A program made the translations under genes and the position numbers. Of a stretch of DNA of 64,000 nt, positions 26,097 to 36,183 are shown piece after piece. Under the pieces are notes generated by a model that ran no database searches, was not told the origin of the DNA, and was given only the letters and a program-made list of their open reading frames with translations. Origin of the DNA: a virus; the IMG/VR virus record IMGVR_UViG_3300006224_000007, positions 13,151 through 77,150 of that record; one strand, given 5' to 3'. Position 1 is the first letter of the stretch. Each line of letters begins with the position of its first letter.

Positions 26097-28422
26097 TCAA
26101 CCACATATTCAGAAACTATTAGAAGACCGTTATTATCTTCGTGATGAAGAAGGTAATCTTCTAGAAGATGACCCAAAGCAGATGTTCTCAAGAGTAGCTA
26201 TTGAAGTCTCTGAAGCAGAAACAAACTTTGATACTAAGCTTGAATGGCAAAGAAAATTCTATGACTTAATGGCGGAAAATAAATTTCTTCCTAATACTCC
26301 ATTACTTATCAATGCTGGTAAACCAAAACCAGGATGCTTCTCTGCTTGTTTTGTACTGCCAGTAGAAGATTCTATGATAGGAATCTTTGAAGCAGTAAAA
26401 CAATCTGCTTTGATTATGAAAGCTGGCGGTGGAGTAGGCTATAACTTTGGTCGCTTGAGAGAAAAAGGTGCGATAGTAAAATCAACTGGTCATAAAGCTA
26501 GTGGTCCTGTATCTTTCATGCAAGCATTTGATTCTATGATTGATACTGTAGCTCAAGGTGGAACTAGAAGAGGCGCGGCAATAGCTGTTCTTCCAGTATG
26601 GCATCCTGATATAGAAGAATTCATTGAAATGAAAGATGCCGGTGGGTTCAGCAATTTTAATATCTCTGTTGGTATTACAGATGACTTTATGGAAAATGTA
26701 GAAGAGGATGATGACTGGTACTTAATACCTCCAGCCTATATTTCCTTGTCAAAAATTCCCACTATGTATTTAAAAACAGTTAAAGCTAGAGAGTTATGGA
26801 ATAAGATAGTAGAACATGCATGGAAAACTGGCGACCCTGGATTAGTATTTCTTGATACTATTAATAGAGCGCATCCATTAGAGGAAGAGATAGAAGCTAC
26901 AAATCCTTGTGGAGAGATTCCTCTCAGACCATACGAGAGTTGTAATCTTGGTAGTATTAATCTTATGGCCTATATAACTGACAAAGGATTACAGACTCAG
27001 GGAATGGGTATGCCTAAAGCATACTACTTTGATTGGGATGCCTTAGCAAAAGATATTCCTACTATGGTTCGTTTTCTTGATGATGTTATTGATGTTAATC
27101 CTTTCCCTCTTCCCGAAATTGATAAAGCTAGTAAGGAAAGTCGTAAGATTGGTCTTGGTATTATGGGATGGGCAGATTGTCTTATCCAGATGAAAATTCC
27201 TTATGGTAGTCAAGAAGCTCTTGATTTAGCTGAACAATTAATGCTCTTTATTAAATCCGAAGCGATTAAAGCATCATCTGAGTTAGGAAAAGAAAAAGGC
27301 TTGTATCCTCTATGTACTCATGAAGGAGAAGGTTTCGGCAGAGATAGAAGAAATGCTACTCTTCTTTGTGTCGCTCCTACTGGAACTATTAGTAGAATGG
27401 CTGGAGTTAGCTCAGGAATAGAACCTATCTTTGCTTGGGAAACTCACCATAAACTAGTAGACCTAGAGTATGACGAAACTCATTGGGCAATTCCTGAATG
27501 GCATAAACATTGTACTGATTTAGACTGGGCAGAACCAGAAGGTGGTACAGGTAAAAAACCTAGCTGGATGAAAACAGCTAATGAGATTCCTTGGGGATGG
27601 CATCTTAAAATGCAAGCTACCTTTCAAAAGTATGTGGATAATAGTATAAGTAAAACTATTAATCTACCAAATGAAACTGCTAAAGAATGTATAGATTTAG
27701 TTTATACAGAAGCATGGAAATTAGGATTAAAAGGAATAACTATTTATAGAGATAAGTGTAAAGAGAATCAACCCTTAAATAAGATTGTTAGTCTTCCTGA
27801 CTATCATATTAATGATTCTGAGCCGCTTGAACAAGCTATAGCTAAACTACAACCTATTTATAGAAAACGTGGTCCTGTAGCACCAGGAGTAACTCATAAA
27901 GTAGATACCGGCAAGGGAAAAATCTATATCACTATTAACTATAGTGAGTATCATTCTGAGCCAGTAGAAGTATTTATCAGATTAGGGCATCTTTCTACTT
28001 CAACTGAAGCTGCCTTAGCAGAGTACACAGGAAGACTCATTAGTTTGCTCTTGAAGCATAATATTTCTATTGATAATATTGTTCGCCAAGGAAATAAGGT
28101 ATACGGAGACAATGTTTTCTGGTATAATCAAGAGTCGTTCTGTAGCTTTCCCAAGCTGATTTCTCACCTTCTCAGTTTTACTTTTGATGAAGCTATGGAT
28201 ATGGCTGGAATGGATTTTGATTCTATGATGGAGAATGGTCACGATGAAGAGGAAGAAGACACTCCTTATGAACCAATTCCCCATGATAAAGATTCCTTTA
28301 ATGAACTTTTACACAGTAGAGTTACTGGTGGAGAGTATTGCTATGAGTGCGGTAACTATGCTATAATCGGTGAAGGTGGTTGCAAAGTATGTCAGAATTG
28401 TGGATTTGAAGAGTGCGGATAA
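26086..28422 (+). CDS. nrdJ: class II (adenosylcobalamin-dependent) ribonucleotide reductase with TSCPD-like C-terminal domain
   Basis: PNTP.L.NAG, SACFV, QGG.RRGA, TNPCGE, CNLGS, APTGTIS, SISKTIN, C-terminal CxxC..CxxC; no beta subunit gene nearby. Confidence 0.9.
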   Translation: MPHNQPHIQKLLEDRYYLRDEEGNLLEDDPKQMFSRVAIEVSEAETNFDTKLEWQRKFYDLMAENKFLPNTPLLINAGKPKPGCFSACFVLPVEDSMIGIFEAVKQSALIMKAGGGVGYNFGRLREKGAIVKSTGHKASGPVSFMQAFDSMIDTVAQGGTRRGAAIAVLPVWHPDIEEFIEMKDAGGFSNFNISVGITDDFMENVEEDDDWYLIPPAYISLSKIPTMYLKTVKARELWNKIVEHAWKTGDPGLVFLDTINRAHPLEEEIEATNPCGEIPLRPYESCNLGSINLMAYITDKGLQTQGMGMPKAYYFDWDALAKDIPTMVRFLDDVIDVNPFPLPEIDKASKESRKIGLGIMGWADCLIQMKIPYGSQEALDLAEQLMLFIKSEAIKASSELGKEKGLYPLCTHEGEGFGRDRRNATLLCVAPTGTISRMAGVSSGIEPIFAWETHHKLVDLEYDETHWAIPEWHKHCTDLDWAEPEGGTGKKPSWMKTANEIPWGWHLKMQATFQKYVDNSISKTINLPNETAKECIDLVYTEAWKLGLKGITIYRDKCKENQPLNKIVSLPDYHINDSEPLEQAIAKLQPIYRKRGPVAPGVTHKVDTGKGKIYITINYSEYHSEPVEVFIRLGHLSTSTEAALAEYTGRLISLLLKHNISIDNIVRQGNKVYGDNVFWYNQESFCSFPKLISHLLSFTFDEAMDMAGMDFDSMMENGHDEEEEDTPYEPIPHDKDSFNELLHSRVTGGEYCYECGNYAIIGEGGCKVCQNCGFEECG

Positions 28423-28588
28423 AGGAGATAACATGATTATTGTGACTGTCGATGATTATTCTGGTAAGGAAGAGAAGTTTGAAAAAGGGCATTATTGGGA
28501 GGTTCGTAGTGGATTTCTCATGATATTTTCTGCTACTTGTGAACTTCTTGCTACGTTTGATTCCTGGAAATATGTAAGAAAGGTATAA
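28370..28588 (+). CDS. hypothetical protein (probable start 28433)
   Basis: AAGGAG RBS before ATG 28433. Confidence 0.4.
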   Translation: MKVVAKYVRIVDLKSADKGDNMIIVTVDDYSGKEEKFEKGHYWEVRSGFLMIFSATCELLATFDSWKYVRKV

Positions 28589-28590
28589 TT

Positions 28591-28782
28591 ATGAAGTGTC
28601 CAAATTGTGGTGAGACAAGAGTATCATGGAAGAAAGAGTTATGGGGTGCTGGTGCGCCTCAATTCTGGTCTGCTAAAAAAGAAATAAAGTTTCTTTGTGG
28701 TGGAAGCTATGTTTATGATGAAGTAGAAAATACTTATGAAGAGACATATCCATGTGGGAGAAAAAATGACAACAAGAAATAA
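28591..28782 (+). CDS. Zn-ribbon hypothetical protein
   Basis: MKCPNCG. Confidence 0.45.
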   Translation: MKCPNCGETRVSWKKELWGAGAPQFWSAKKEIKFLCGGSYVYDEVENTYEETYPCGRKNDNKK

Positions 28783-28978
28783 AACTTTTTATGATGGAGA
28801 ACTAGCTAAAATTAAGGTTGCTCTAGAAAATCCTAAGCTATATAAAAGTAAGCAAACAGATGAAATGCGTGGTATAAATGATTATCACGTTAGAGCTATA
28901 ATGAAAGCCATTACTCCTATTCTCATTGAGAGTTTTGATTCTATATATGAAGAGGGTTTTCAGGATGGTGGATTATGA
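28736..28978 (+). CDS. hypothetical protein
   Basis: coupled ORF. Confidence 0.45.
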   Translation: MKRHIHVGEKMTTRNKTFYDGELAKIKVALENPKLYKSKQTDEMRGINDYHVRAIMKAITPILIESFDSIYEEGFQDGGL

Positions 28979-29241
28979 GAAAACCAAATGTAATTTGCCC
29001 AGCATGTAAAGAACTTCATCTAAAAGTTGGAAGCGATAATTATGTTGTAATATGTGGAATCATATATGAGCAATATGAAATAGGTATGAGTAATTTTCCT
29101 AACTATACTATAGAGCCTATTCATTGTGAAGGCGATAAGTATTCAAGATGCCAAGTATGGCGTGGAGCTAAGGAAGCTGATTGGGCTAGAAAAGCAGGAA
29201 GATATTCTTCCTTAGAACAGGCAGAACAAATAAGACTATGA
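28975..29241 (+). CDS. Cys-containing hypothetical protein
   Basis: ATGA coupling. Confidence 0.45.
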   Translation: MRKPNVICPACKELHLKVGSDNYVVICGIIYEQYEIGMSNFPNYTIEPIHCEGDKYSRCQVWRGAKEADWARKAGRYSSLEQAEQIRL

Positions 29242-29651
29242 CAAAAGAATACCCTTGTATTGCAATAATTCAGAGTACTGCTTACTTCAATGGGGAGCCT
29301 TATCATGATTATGAATGTACATGGGTTGGTTCTAAATATGCTGTCGTTTACGTTAGCAAATACTTGTATGATATGGTTGGATTATCTGTCTATCCGTGGC
29401 CTTTAAAAATTCTAGAGGACGATATAGATTTTGGAAGAAGTATGGCAGTAGTCAGAAAAGATGTTGGTTGGCATTTTTGGTGGATGCTAGTTTCAATGTG
29501 GTATAAGCTATTTAGAAGTCGTGGTTATCGTCACTTTAAATGGAGAGTAGTAAAGACATTTGAAATATGGGGGTTGGCTTATCAACCTGAAGCTGAGATA
29601 ACAAGTTGGAAAAATATAGGGAGAAAACGTGACAAAAGAAAAATGGGTTGA
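29238..29651 (+). CDS. hypothetical protein
   Basis: ATGA coupling. Confidence 0.45.
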   Translation: MTKEYPCIAIIQSTAYFNGEPYHDYECTWVGSKYAVVYVSKYLYDMVGLSVYPWPLKILEDDIDFGRSMAVVRKDVGWHFWWMLVSMWYKLFRSRGYRHFKWRVVKTFEIWGLAYQPEAEITSWKNIGRKRDKRKMG

Positions 29652-30012
29652 TTTAATTTATGTAGCTGGTCCATATCGTGCTGAAACACATTGGTTAGTT
29701 AAACAAAACATAAGACTAGCAGAAGACGTTGGAACATTACTATGGTCTTGGGGATGGGTGCCAATAGTACCTCATTTAAACACCGAGTTTATGAACGGTG
29801 CCTATGGTCTTCCTGATTGGGTATGGCTTAAAGGCGATTTGGCTATAGTAAAAGTTTGTAAGTTTGTTGTGGTTGTTGGTTTATGGAGATATAGTCCTGG
29901 TACTATCGGAGAAATTAAATGTGCCGAAGAACATAATATACCTGTCTTATATTGGTCAGAAGATAAGGACAGATATTTCTTAAAAAATTACTTTGAAGAT
30001 TGGAGAGATTGA
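29629..30012 (+). CDS. nucleoside deoxyribosyltransferase-fold protein (DUF4406-like)
   Basis: IYVAGPY, PH.N, DL.....C, W..SPG...E...A. Confidence 0.7.
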   Translation: MTKEKWVDLIYVAGPYRAETHWLVKQNIRLAEDVGTLLWSWGWVPIVPHLNTEFMNGAYGLPDWVWLKGDLAIVKVCKFVVVVGLWRYSPGTIGEIKCAEEHNIPVLYWSEDKDRYFLKNYFEDWRD

Positions 30013-30150
30013 ATGGCTAAGAAAGAACCAGAAGATAAATGTCCTAAGTGTGGCTGTGAAAATTGGCTAGGTACTAGCCAAGGCGCTTTGTGTAAAAACT
30101 GCGGCTACATTAAAGGACAAGCACCAGTACAACCAGAGGAAACTGAATAA

Positions 30151-31179
30151 TTGAATATAAAGATTACAGGGTGTGGAGACGCTAGAGACGGCTATGGTGA
30201 GATAACTCAGAACCTAGTTTTAGCTCTGGACAAATTAGGACATAAAGTGTGGTTGAACCCTGTAAAAATCTGGTATAGAAAAGAAACTTTAAAAGAACGG
30301 ACAATTGAATTACTTGAACCAGTTAAACCAGATTTTGAACTTATAATTATGTACCCTGTTTATGATTTTGGAATGATTCATAAAAAGGCTGCAATAATGA
30401 CTATGTATGAAGCTCATAAATGTCCTGATGCTTGGGTTAAAAAACTTAATCAACTTCGTCTACCTATTATAGCTCCTAGTCAGTTTGTTGCTGATATGTT
30501 TAAAACAAGTGGAGTTAATGTAGGTATATCTGTGTTAAATCTTGGAGTAGATACAGAGTTTTATTCTCCCAAGCTACGAGAATTTCCAGAAGGAAGACCT
30601 TTTAGATTTCTTACGATGGGCAAACTAGAGCCTAGAAAGAATGTAGAATCGGCTGTTAGATGCTTTCAAGAGTCTTTTAAAACTGAGAATGTAGAACTTA
30701 TAATTAAGACAAGAGAAAGATTTTTATCAAGTAGAATTAGAAATGCTGCACAACAAGATAAAAGAATTCGCTTAATAGAACAAACTATTTCTGAAGAAGA
30801 ACTTAGAAAACTTTTTTATTATGCTGATGCCTTTGTCTATCCTAGTCGTGGAGAAGGCTTTGCTTTTCCTCCACGATTTGCAGTAGCAACTGGTATGCCA
30901 ACTCTGGTAACTGATTGGAGTGCTTTAGCAGAAATTCCTGGAGCTATTAAAATTCCCATTGATGGATTAGGACCAATGCCATCTTGTGGGTTTTCCTATG
31001 GACAGGAAAAGGAACTCCATATGGCCTATATTAATGAGCCTAAGTTAATGTATGAAATGTATTGTCTTGCTACAGACAAATCCTTGTATAAAGAAGCTGC
31101 TAAGGAAGTTTTTAAAGCTAGACAAGATACTTGGGAGGACTGTGCAAACAACTTTATTAGTATGGTGGAGGGTAAATGA
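30151..31179 (+). CDS. GT-B (family 4) glycosyltransferase
   Basis: DGYG, APSQF, GVD, PRKN, YPSRGEGFAFP. Confidence 0.85.
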   Translation: MNIKITGCGDARDGYGEITQNLVLALDKLGHKVWLNPVKIWYRKETLKERTIELLEPVKPDFELIIMYPVYDFGMIHKKAAIMTMYEAHKCPDAWVKKLNQLRLPIIAPSQFVADMFKTSGVNVGISVLNLGVDTEFYSPKLREFPEGRPFRFLTMGKLEPRKNVESAVRCFQESFKTENVELIIKTRERFLSSRIRNAAQQDKRIRLIEQTISEEELRKLFYYADAFVYPSRGEGFAFPPRFAVATGMPTLVTDWSALAEIPGAIKIPIDGLGPMPSCGFSYGQEKELHMAYINEPKLMYEMYCLATDKSLYKEAAKEVFKARQDTWEDCANNFISMVEGK

Positions 31180-32624
31180 CTATAGCTCTTAATATGATTG
31201 TTGGACCTTATGAAGAACCTTTTCTTCATGCAGCTATAACCTCTACTCTAGACTTGGTTGATGAACTTGTTTTTGTAGATACAGCACCAGAAAATAATCC
31301 TAATCGAGAAGAGTTAGAATCCTTTAGGGAATATAATATGAAAATCATTGATATGCCTAGAGGGGAGGATAAAGATTTTAATTTTGCTATGGCAAGAGAA
31401 TTAGCAAGAACATATACAACTATGGATTGGGTTCTTCGTCTTGATGCCGATGAAGTATTGCATGAAAAAGATATTGAAAATCTTAAACGATTTACTAATG
31501 ATGATAGATTTAATACTATAGAAATTTCTTTCTACCATTTTATGGTTTATCCTTGGCTTTATCAATATATAGAACCAAAAGGAATTCTCATGAGAACTGG
31601 CAGTTTTTCCTGGATTAAGGACGTTCATGAAGTACCAAGAACTACGGGAAGAATTCGTAAAGAACATGAGATTAAATATTTTCATTATGGATATTGCCGT
31701 GGTCAAGAGGAAGTTTTTAAACGCTGGCAACTCTATGTTGAAATTGATGGAAGACCAACATGGTATCAAGGAGTTAATCCTGCTACGATATTAGACGATA
31801 GAATATCTGTGTGTCAAAATTTCAAGGGGGAGCATCCTATAGTAGTACAGGATACGCTGGCAAAGTTATTCCATGATGTAACCCCTTTTCAAGTGAAAGA
31901 GATTCCGAGGTATAGAGTGAGTGATAAATTTGTAGGTTTACTTCTTATAACATATAATGATAAGGAAAATCTTGAGAGAATGCTTCTTAGTTTAGAGGCA
32001 ACTATAGATTATCCAACTGTACTATACATAGCAGATATGGGTTCAACCGATGGAACCTATGATTTACTTATTGATTGGCAACAAAAAATGTTTGCAATCA
32101 ATCCTTATTTCAAAGATATTATTATACAAGCTTGGCCTAATCTTGAATCCTTAACAAAAACAATGAATGTTGGTTTTAAGTCATTAATGTCTCGTCAAGA
32201 ATGTGACTTTATTGGTTGGATTCATCCTGATATGCTATTTGAATCTTGCTGGTTAAGTGAGTTAGTAGCAACGTTAGACTATCATCCTGAAATTGGTAAA
32301 GCTTGCTCTTTTAATACCAGAGATGGATGGCCTGTCAGTGAAGAAATTAAAGAAGGGCAAGAACAAGCCTATTTAATTAGAAGAGGTATTCTATTTAGAA
32401 TTGGCTTGTTTGATGAAAAGTTTATTGGTATTGGTGGATATGAAGATTGGGATATGAACAATCGTATACGTCAAGAAGGTTTAAAAGTAGTCATTGTTCC
32501 GCGCTCTAAGGTATGGCATAAAGGAATGCAAACCCGTTCTAGAAGAGATACTTCAGCAGAGCAGATATATAATGCTGGAGTATATCAAACTAAATGGAAG
32601 TCTCATAAAGAAAGCATTGAATGA
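31176..32624 (+). CDS. tandem GT-A (family 2) glycosyltransferase
   Basis: domain 1 VDT...F..AR...LDADE..VHE..HYGY; domain 2 ITYN, DMGSTDGT, HPD, FDEKF..GGYEDWD, WH. Confidence 0.85.
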   Translation: MTIALNMIVGPYEEPFLHAAITSTLDLVDELVFVDTAPENNPNREELESFREYNMKIIDMPRGEDKDFNFAMARELARTYTTMDWVLRLDADEVLHEKDIENLKRFTNDDRFNTIEISFYHFMVYPWLYQYIEPKGILMRTGSFSWIKDVHEVPRTTGRIRKEHEIKYFHYGYCRGQEEVFKRWQLYVEIDGRPTWYQGVNPATILDDRISVCQNFKGEHPIVVQDTLAKLFHDVTPFQVKEIPRYRVSDKFVGLLLITYNDKENLERMLLSLEATIDYPTVLYIADMGSTDGTYDLLIDWQQKMFAINPYFKDIIIQAWPNLESLTKTMNVGFKSLMSRQECDFIGWIHPDMLFESCWLSELVATLDYHPEIGKACSFNTRDGWPVSEEIKEGQEQAYLIRRGILFRIGLFDEKFIGIGGYEDWDMNNRIRQEGLKVVIVPRSKVWHKGMQTRSRRDTSAEQIYNAGVYQTKWKSHKESIE

Positions 32625-33211
32625 TTCATATAATTGGAGATAGTCATTCTAGATGCTTTGAGCAAGATGGTGATAAAACTATTATAGCTCATTGGCTAGG
32701 AGCGGCTACCGCTCTTAATTTATGGAAGAAGAATAAAATAATAGAAGAAATAATCCTTACTAATGGAAGAGAAAATAAATATTGGTTTTGCTTTGGAGAA
32801 ATAGATTGTAGAATTCATATCTATAATAAACATATGGAAACAGATGTTCCAGAGTATGTACTAATAACAAATACTGTTAATTCTTATGTTGTATATCTTG
32901 CCTCTTTAAAATGCAAATATGATATTAGTATTCTTCCTGCACCACCACAAGGTACTCAAGAGAATTATTTTGAATATCCTCATTATGGTACTAGAGAACA
33001 TAGGCAAGAAATCACCGATTATTTCAATATGTGGCTAGAAGAAATGTGCATAAGAGAGAAAGTACCATTCAAAGATATATGGTATAATAAACCAGATTAT
33101 AGCAGACCATTATGGGATACTAAAGATTTTAAAGAAGATAAATGCCATATAAAAAACAGTGTTGCTCGTAAGCATCTGTTTAAATATTTGGAGGAACATG
33201 AAAATAGGTGA
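32621..33211 (+). CDS. SGNH/GDSL-fold esterase or acyltransferase
   Basis: IIGDSH, GA, FGEIDCR, D..H. Confidence 0.7.
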   Translation: MIHIIGDSHSRCFEQDGDKTIIAHWLGAATALNLWKKNKIIEEIILTNGRENKYWFCFGEIDCRIHIYNKHMETDVPEYVLITNTVNSYVVYLASLKCKYDISILPAPPQGTQENYFEYPHYGTREHRQEITDYFNMWLEEMCIREKVPFKDIWYNKPDYSRPLWDTKDFKEDKCHIKNSVARKHLFKYLEEHENR

Positions 33212-33833
33212 GGTAGAATATAAGGGCTTGAAATTTAAGTATCGCCATGATACGACTGATTGGGGAATTATTAAAGAGGCGTGTGGTGGTCTTAATACTA
33301 GATTCTTTGATGTTAAACCTGGAGAATATTGGTTTGATATTGGCGCTCATATAGGAGCGTTCACTTGCTATGCCTTATCCAAGGGAGCAATAGTAGAGGC
33401 ATTTGAGCCTGTTCCAGATAATTTTTGTTTATTAAAACAAAATGTTGCTATTAACGGTTTTGTAGCTCCACAAGTTGAGCTTTGGAATAGTGCCATTACT
33501 AAAAATGGTGGCTTTATAAAACTTTTTATAGATACAAATAACTATGGTAATTGTAGTATTTATGAACGTGGAACTTCACAAACGATAATAGTAGATAGTT
33601 TTCCAACATCAGATTTTGACAAGGATAATCCATATTGTTTAAAAGTAGATACTGAGGGTTGTGAATACGAAATTCTATCAGGATTAGATTTAACAAACTG
33701 TCAAAAACTAATATTAGAAAATCATTATTGGTTACAGCCCAAAGAAAATACTATAGGTATCATTAAGTTAATGAACGATTATTTTAATCACTATGAAGAA
33801 TATGGAGGATATATGTGCTATGCTTGGAAATGA
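33159..33833 (+). CDS. FkbM-family methyltransferase (probable start 33198)
   Basis: DIGAHIG, FEP, KVDTEGCE, E.H. Confidence 0.85.
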   Translation: MLLVSICLNIWRNMKIGEVEYKGLKFKYRHDTTDWGIIKEACGGLNTRFFDVKPGEYWFDIGAHIGAFTCYALSKGAIVEAFEPVPDNFCLLKQNVAINGFVAPQVELWNSAITKNGGFIKLFIDTNNYGNCSIYERGTSQTIIVDSFPTSDFDKDNPYCLKVDTEGCEYEILSGLDLTNCQKLILENHYWLQPKENTIGIIKLMNDYFNHYEEYGGYMCYAWK

Positions 33834-34482
33834 TAATTTAGATTTAGAAACTATCTCTGGAGTTTCTTATTATTCTAGAAAAGATACACTAGAAAAATAT
33901 ATTGTACAGCAAAACTTAGCCGGTCCTTATGAGCTATTCTTTTCCATAGAATATGGGGAAAAATGGTATGATATTGGGGCTAACATAGGTGGCTTCTGTC
34001 TTAGAGCTTGTATGCAAGGAGTACAAGAGATTATTGCTTTTGAACCTATGCCAGTTAGTTTTGAAATACTTGAGAAAAATCTAGAGATTAATAATTTTAA
34101 ACAGTTCGTTACAACATATAACTATGCTCTAGTTGGTTCTGATATAGAAAATGTTACTATCTATGAAAAGACCAATAATACTGGTGGTTGTAGTATGTAT
34201 GACAAGGAGAATTTTGGTCCTATAATTACTGTTCCAGCTATTAACGTGAATAAATTTAATTTTGATGGCTGGTGTATAAAGATGGATTGTGAAGGTGCAG
34301 AAGAACAGTTGATACCTAATATTGATTTTAGGAACGTACCAAAGTTTGCTTGTGAATATCATGCTGGATTTGTAGGCATGGATAAATATGAGTGGGATAA
34401 AAAATTCATTGAAGAAACCTTTCCTAATACATACTTTCAAGAGCTACCTTTTGATACTGTTATGATATCGGCTTGGAGATAA
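33793..34482 (+). CDS. FkbM-family methyltransferase
   Basis: DIGANIG, FEP, KMDCEGAE, EYH. Confidence 0.85.
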   Translation: MKNMEDICAMLGNDNLDLETISGVSYYSRKDTLEKYIVQQNLAGPYELFFSIEYGEKWYDIGANIGGFCLRACMQGVQEIIAFEPMPVSFEILEKNLEINNFKQFVTTYNYALVGSDIENVTIYEKTNNTGGCSMYDKENFGPIITVPAINVNKFNFDGWCIKMDCEGAEEQLIPNIDFRNVPKFACEYHAGFVGMDKYEWDKKFIEETFPNTYFQELPFDTVMISAWR

Positions 34483-34949
34483 TGACAAGAAAATTAGACA
34501 TAGGAACAGGAAAAAAAAGACCTGATGGTTGGGAAACTTGTGACATAAGACCAGGATGCGATTATGTTTGTAATGCTTTGCATGTTTCGTCACTAGGAAA
34601 GTTTGACCAACTATATTGCTGTATGGTGCTGGAACATTTAAATGGCTGGGAAGTTCCTCTTGCTCTAGCTGATTGGTATGAAGCATTAAACTTTGGTGGA
34701 ACTTTAGAAATCATAGTTCCTGATTTAGAACATATTATGAAATTACTTCCAAGTGAAGAAGCCTTGCATAGACTCTTTGGTGGTGATAGAATACAAGATG
34801 GACCAGATGATTGTGTAGAACAATATCATAGATATGCCTTTACTAAGGATACGTTAGAGAAATTTGTTAAAGAGGCTGGCTTTTCTAAAATAGAAACTAT
34901 AGTAAGCCCAGGTAAAATTTATTTAAAGGCGCGGAAAGGAGAAGCATGA
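34473..34949 (+). CDS. class I SAM-dependent methyltransferase
   Basis: LDIGTG, VLEH, L..GG.L.I.VPD, H. Confidence 0.8.
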   Translation: MEIMTRKLDIGTGKKRPDGWETCDIRPGCDYVCNALHVSSLGKFDQLYCCMVLEHLNGWEVPLALADWYEALNFGGTLEIIVPDLEHIMKLLPSEEALHRLFGGDRIQDGPDDCVEQYHRYAFTKDTLEKFVKEAGFSKIETIVSPGKIYLKARKGEA

Positions 34950-35740
34950 TAAGAGCAAAATTAGCAGGAGATAGAGAGATGCTGGTTATTAATGGAGATG
35001 AAGGTATCTCTGAAGAGCTTCTTCTTAAAGGATATCATGAGCCTACTTGTACTGCTATGATGAAAAAAATAGTTTTCTATGGTAGTAATGTTCTTGAGAT
35101 TGGCGCTAATATAGGTTACTATGCTTTAATAGAGGCAGAATTAGTTGGGAAAGAAGGCCATGTTTATGCTGTAGAGCCTGTTCCAAGAAATATTGAGTGC
35201 TTACAAGCTAATATTAAAGAATACAACATTACTAACATGACTACCTATCAATTAGCAATAGGCTTTGAAAACACTTTGACAAAAATGAAACTAGCTAAGT
35301 TTTCAAACTCTGGAACTCTCATGGCAGATGATGAAGATGTTTCTCAAGGATATAAAGATTGGTTTTATGGTTGGTTTACAGAAGAAATTGTTGTTGAACA
35401 AATGACACTTGATGATTTTAGAGAGCTTTATGGTGTTCCTATTCCAGATTTAATTAGAATGGACGTAGAGGGTTATGAGCTTGATGTTATTTCTGGAGCG
35501 CAAGCAACTTTAACACAGATGCCAAAAGAAAGCAATTTATTTATAGAGCTTCATCCTGTAGTTTTTGAGAATAAGTTAGATGCTATGTATACTATTTTAG
35601 AAAATCTTTATTCTCATGGGTTTAGACCAAGATGGTGTGAAGGAGAAGAAAACTTTCCTGTGCAACTTAAAACCTTTACCAAATATGTCTGTAGAGAAGG
35701 CGCACATTGTCCTCATGTTTTCTTTGAAAAGAGACAATAA
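34946..35740 (+). CDS. FkbM-family methyltransferase
   Basis: EIGANIGYY, VEP, RMDVEGYE, ELH. Confidence 0.85.
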   Translation: MIRAKLAGDREMLVINGDEGISEELLLKGYHEPTCTAMMKKIVFYGSNVLEIGANIGYYALIEAELVGKEGHVYAVEPVPRNIECLQANIKEYNITNMTTYQLAIGFENTLTKMKLAKFSNSGTLMADDEDVSQGYKDWFYGWFTEEIVVEQMTLDDFRELYGVPIPDLIRMDVEGYELDVISGAQATLTQMPKESNLFIELHPVVFENKLDAMYTILENLYSHGFRPRWCEGEENFPVQLKTFTKYVCREGAHCPHVFFEKRQ

Positions 35741-36183
35741 TGGATGCAATTGTTTGTATTTCAGGAGGATTTGACCCTGTTCATGTAGGTCATGTTAGAA
35801 TGATTAAAGAAGCTACAAAGTATGGTAAACTTTTAGTTATCCTTAATAACGATAATTGGCTTAGACGGAAAAAAGGTTTCTTCTTTATGGGCCAAGAGGA
35901 ACGTGCAGAAATTTTAGAGGCAATAGATGGAGTAGAATCAGTTTTCATTTCCTTGCATGAACCAGAATGTGAAGATATGTCAGTCTGTAGAGAGCTTAAT
36001 CTAATAAGACCTGATGCTTTTTGTAATGGTGGAGATAGATGTGCAGGTAATATTCCTGAGTATGAATTATGTGAAAAGTTAGGAATTGAATTGATTTTTA
36101 ATGTTGGTGGAGAAAAAATACAGTCCTCTAGTGAGCTTGTAGAAAAGGCTAAAGGAAGAGCTAGAACTTATTTGGAGATATAA
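35740..36183 (+). CDS. cytidylyltransferase (TagD/RfaE-like, HxGH)
   Basis: SGGFDPVHVGH, ER.EI, NGGDR, KIQSSS. Confidence 0.85.
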   Translation: MDAIVCISGGFDPVHVGHVRMIKEATKYGKLLVILNNDNWLRRKKGFFFMGQEERAEILEAIDGVESVFISLHEPECEDMSVCRELNLIRPDAFCNGGDRCAGNIPEYELCEKLGIELIFNVGGEKIQSSSELVEKAKGRARTYLEI

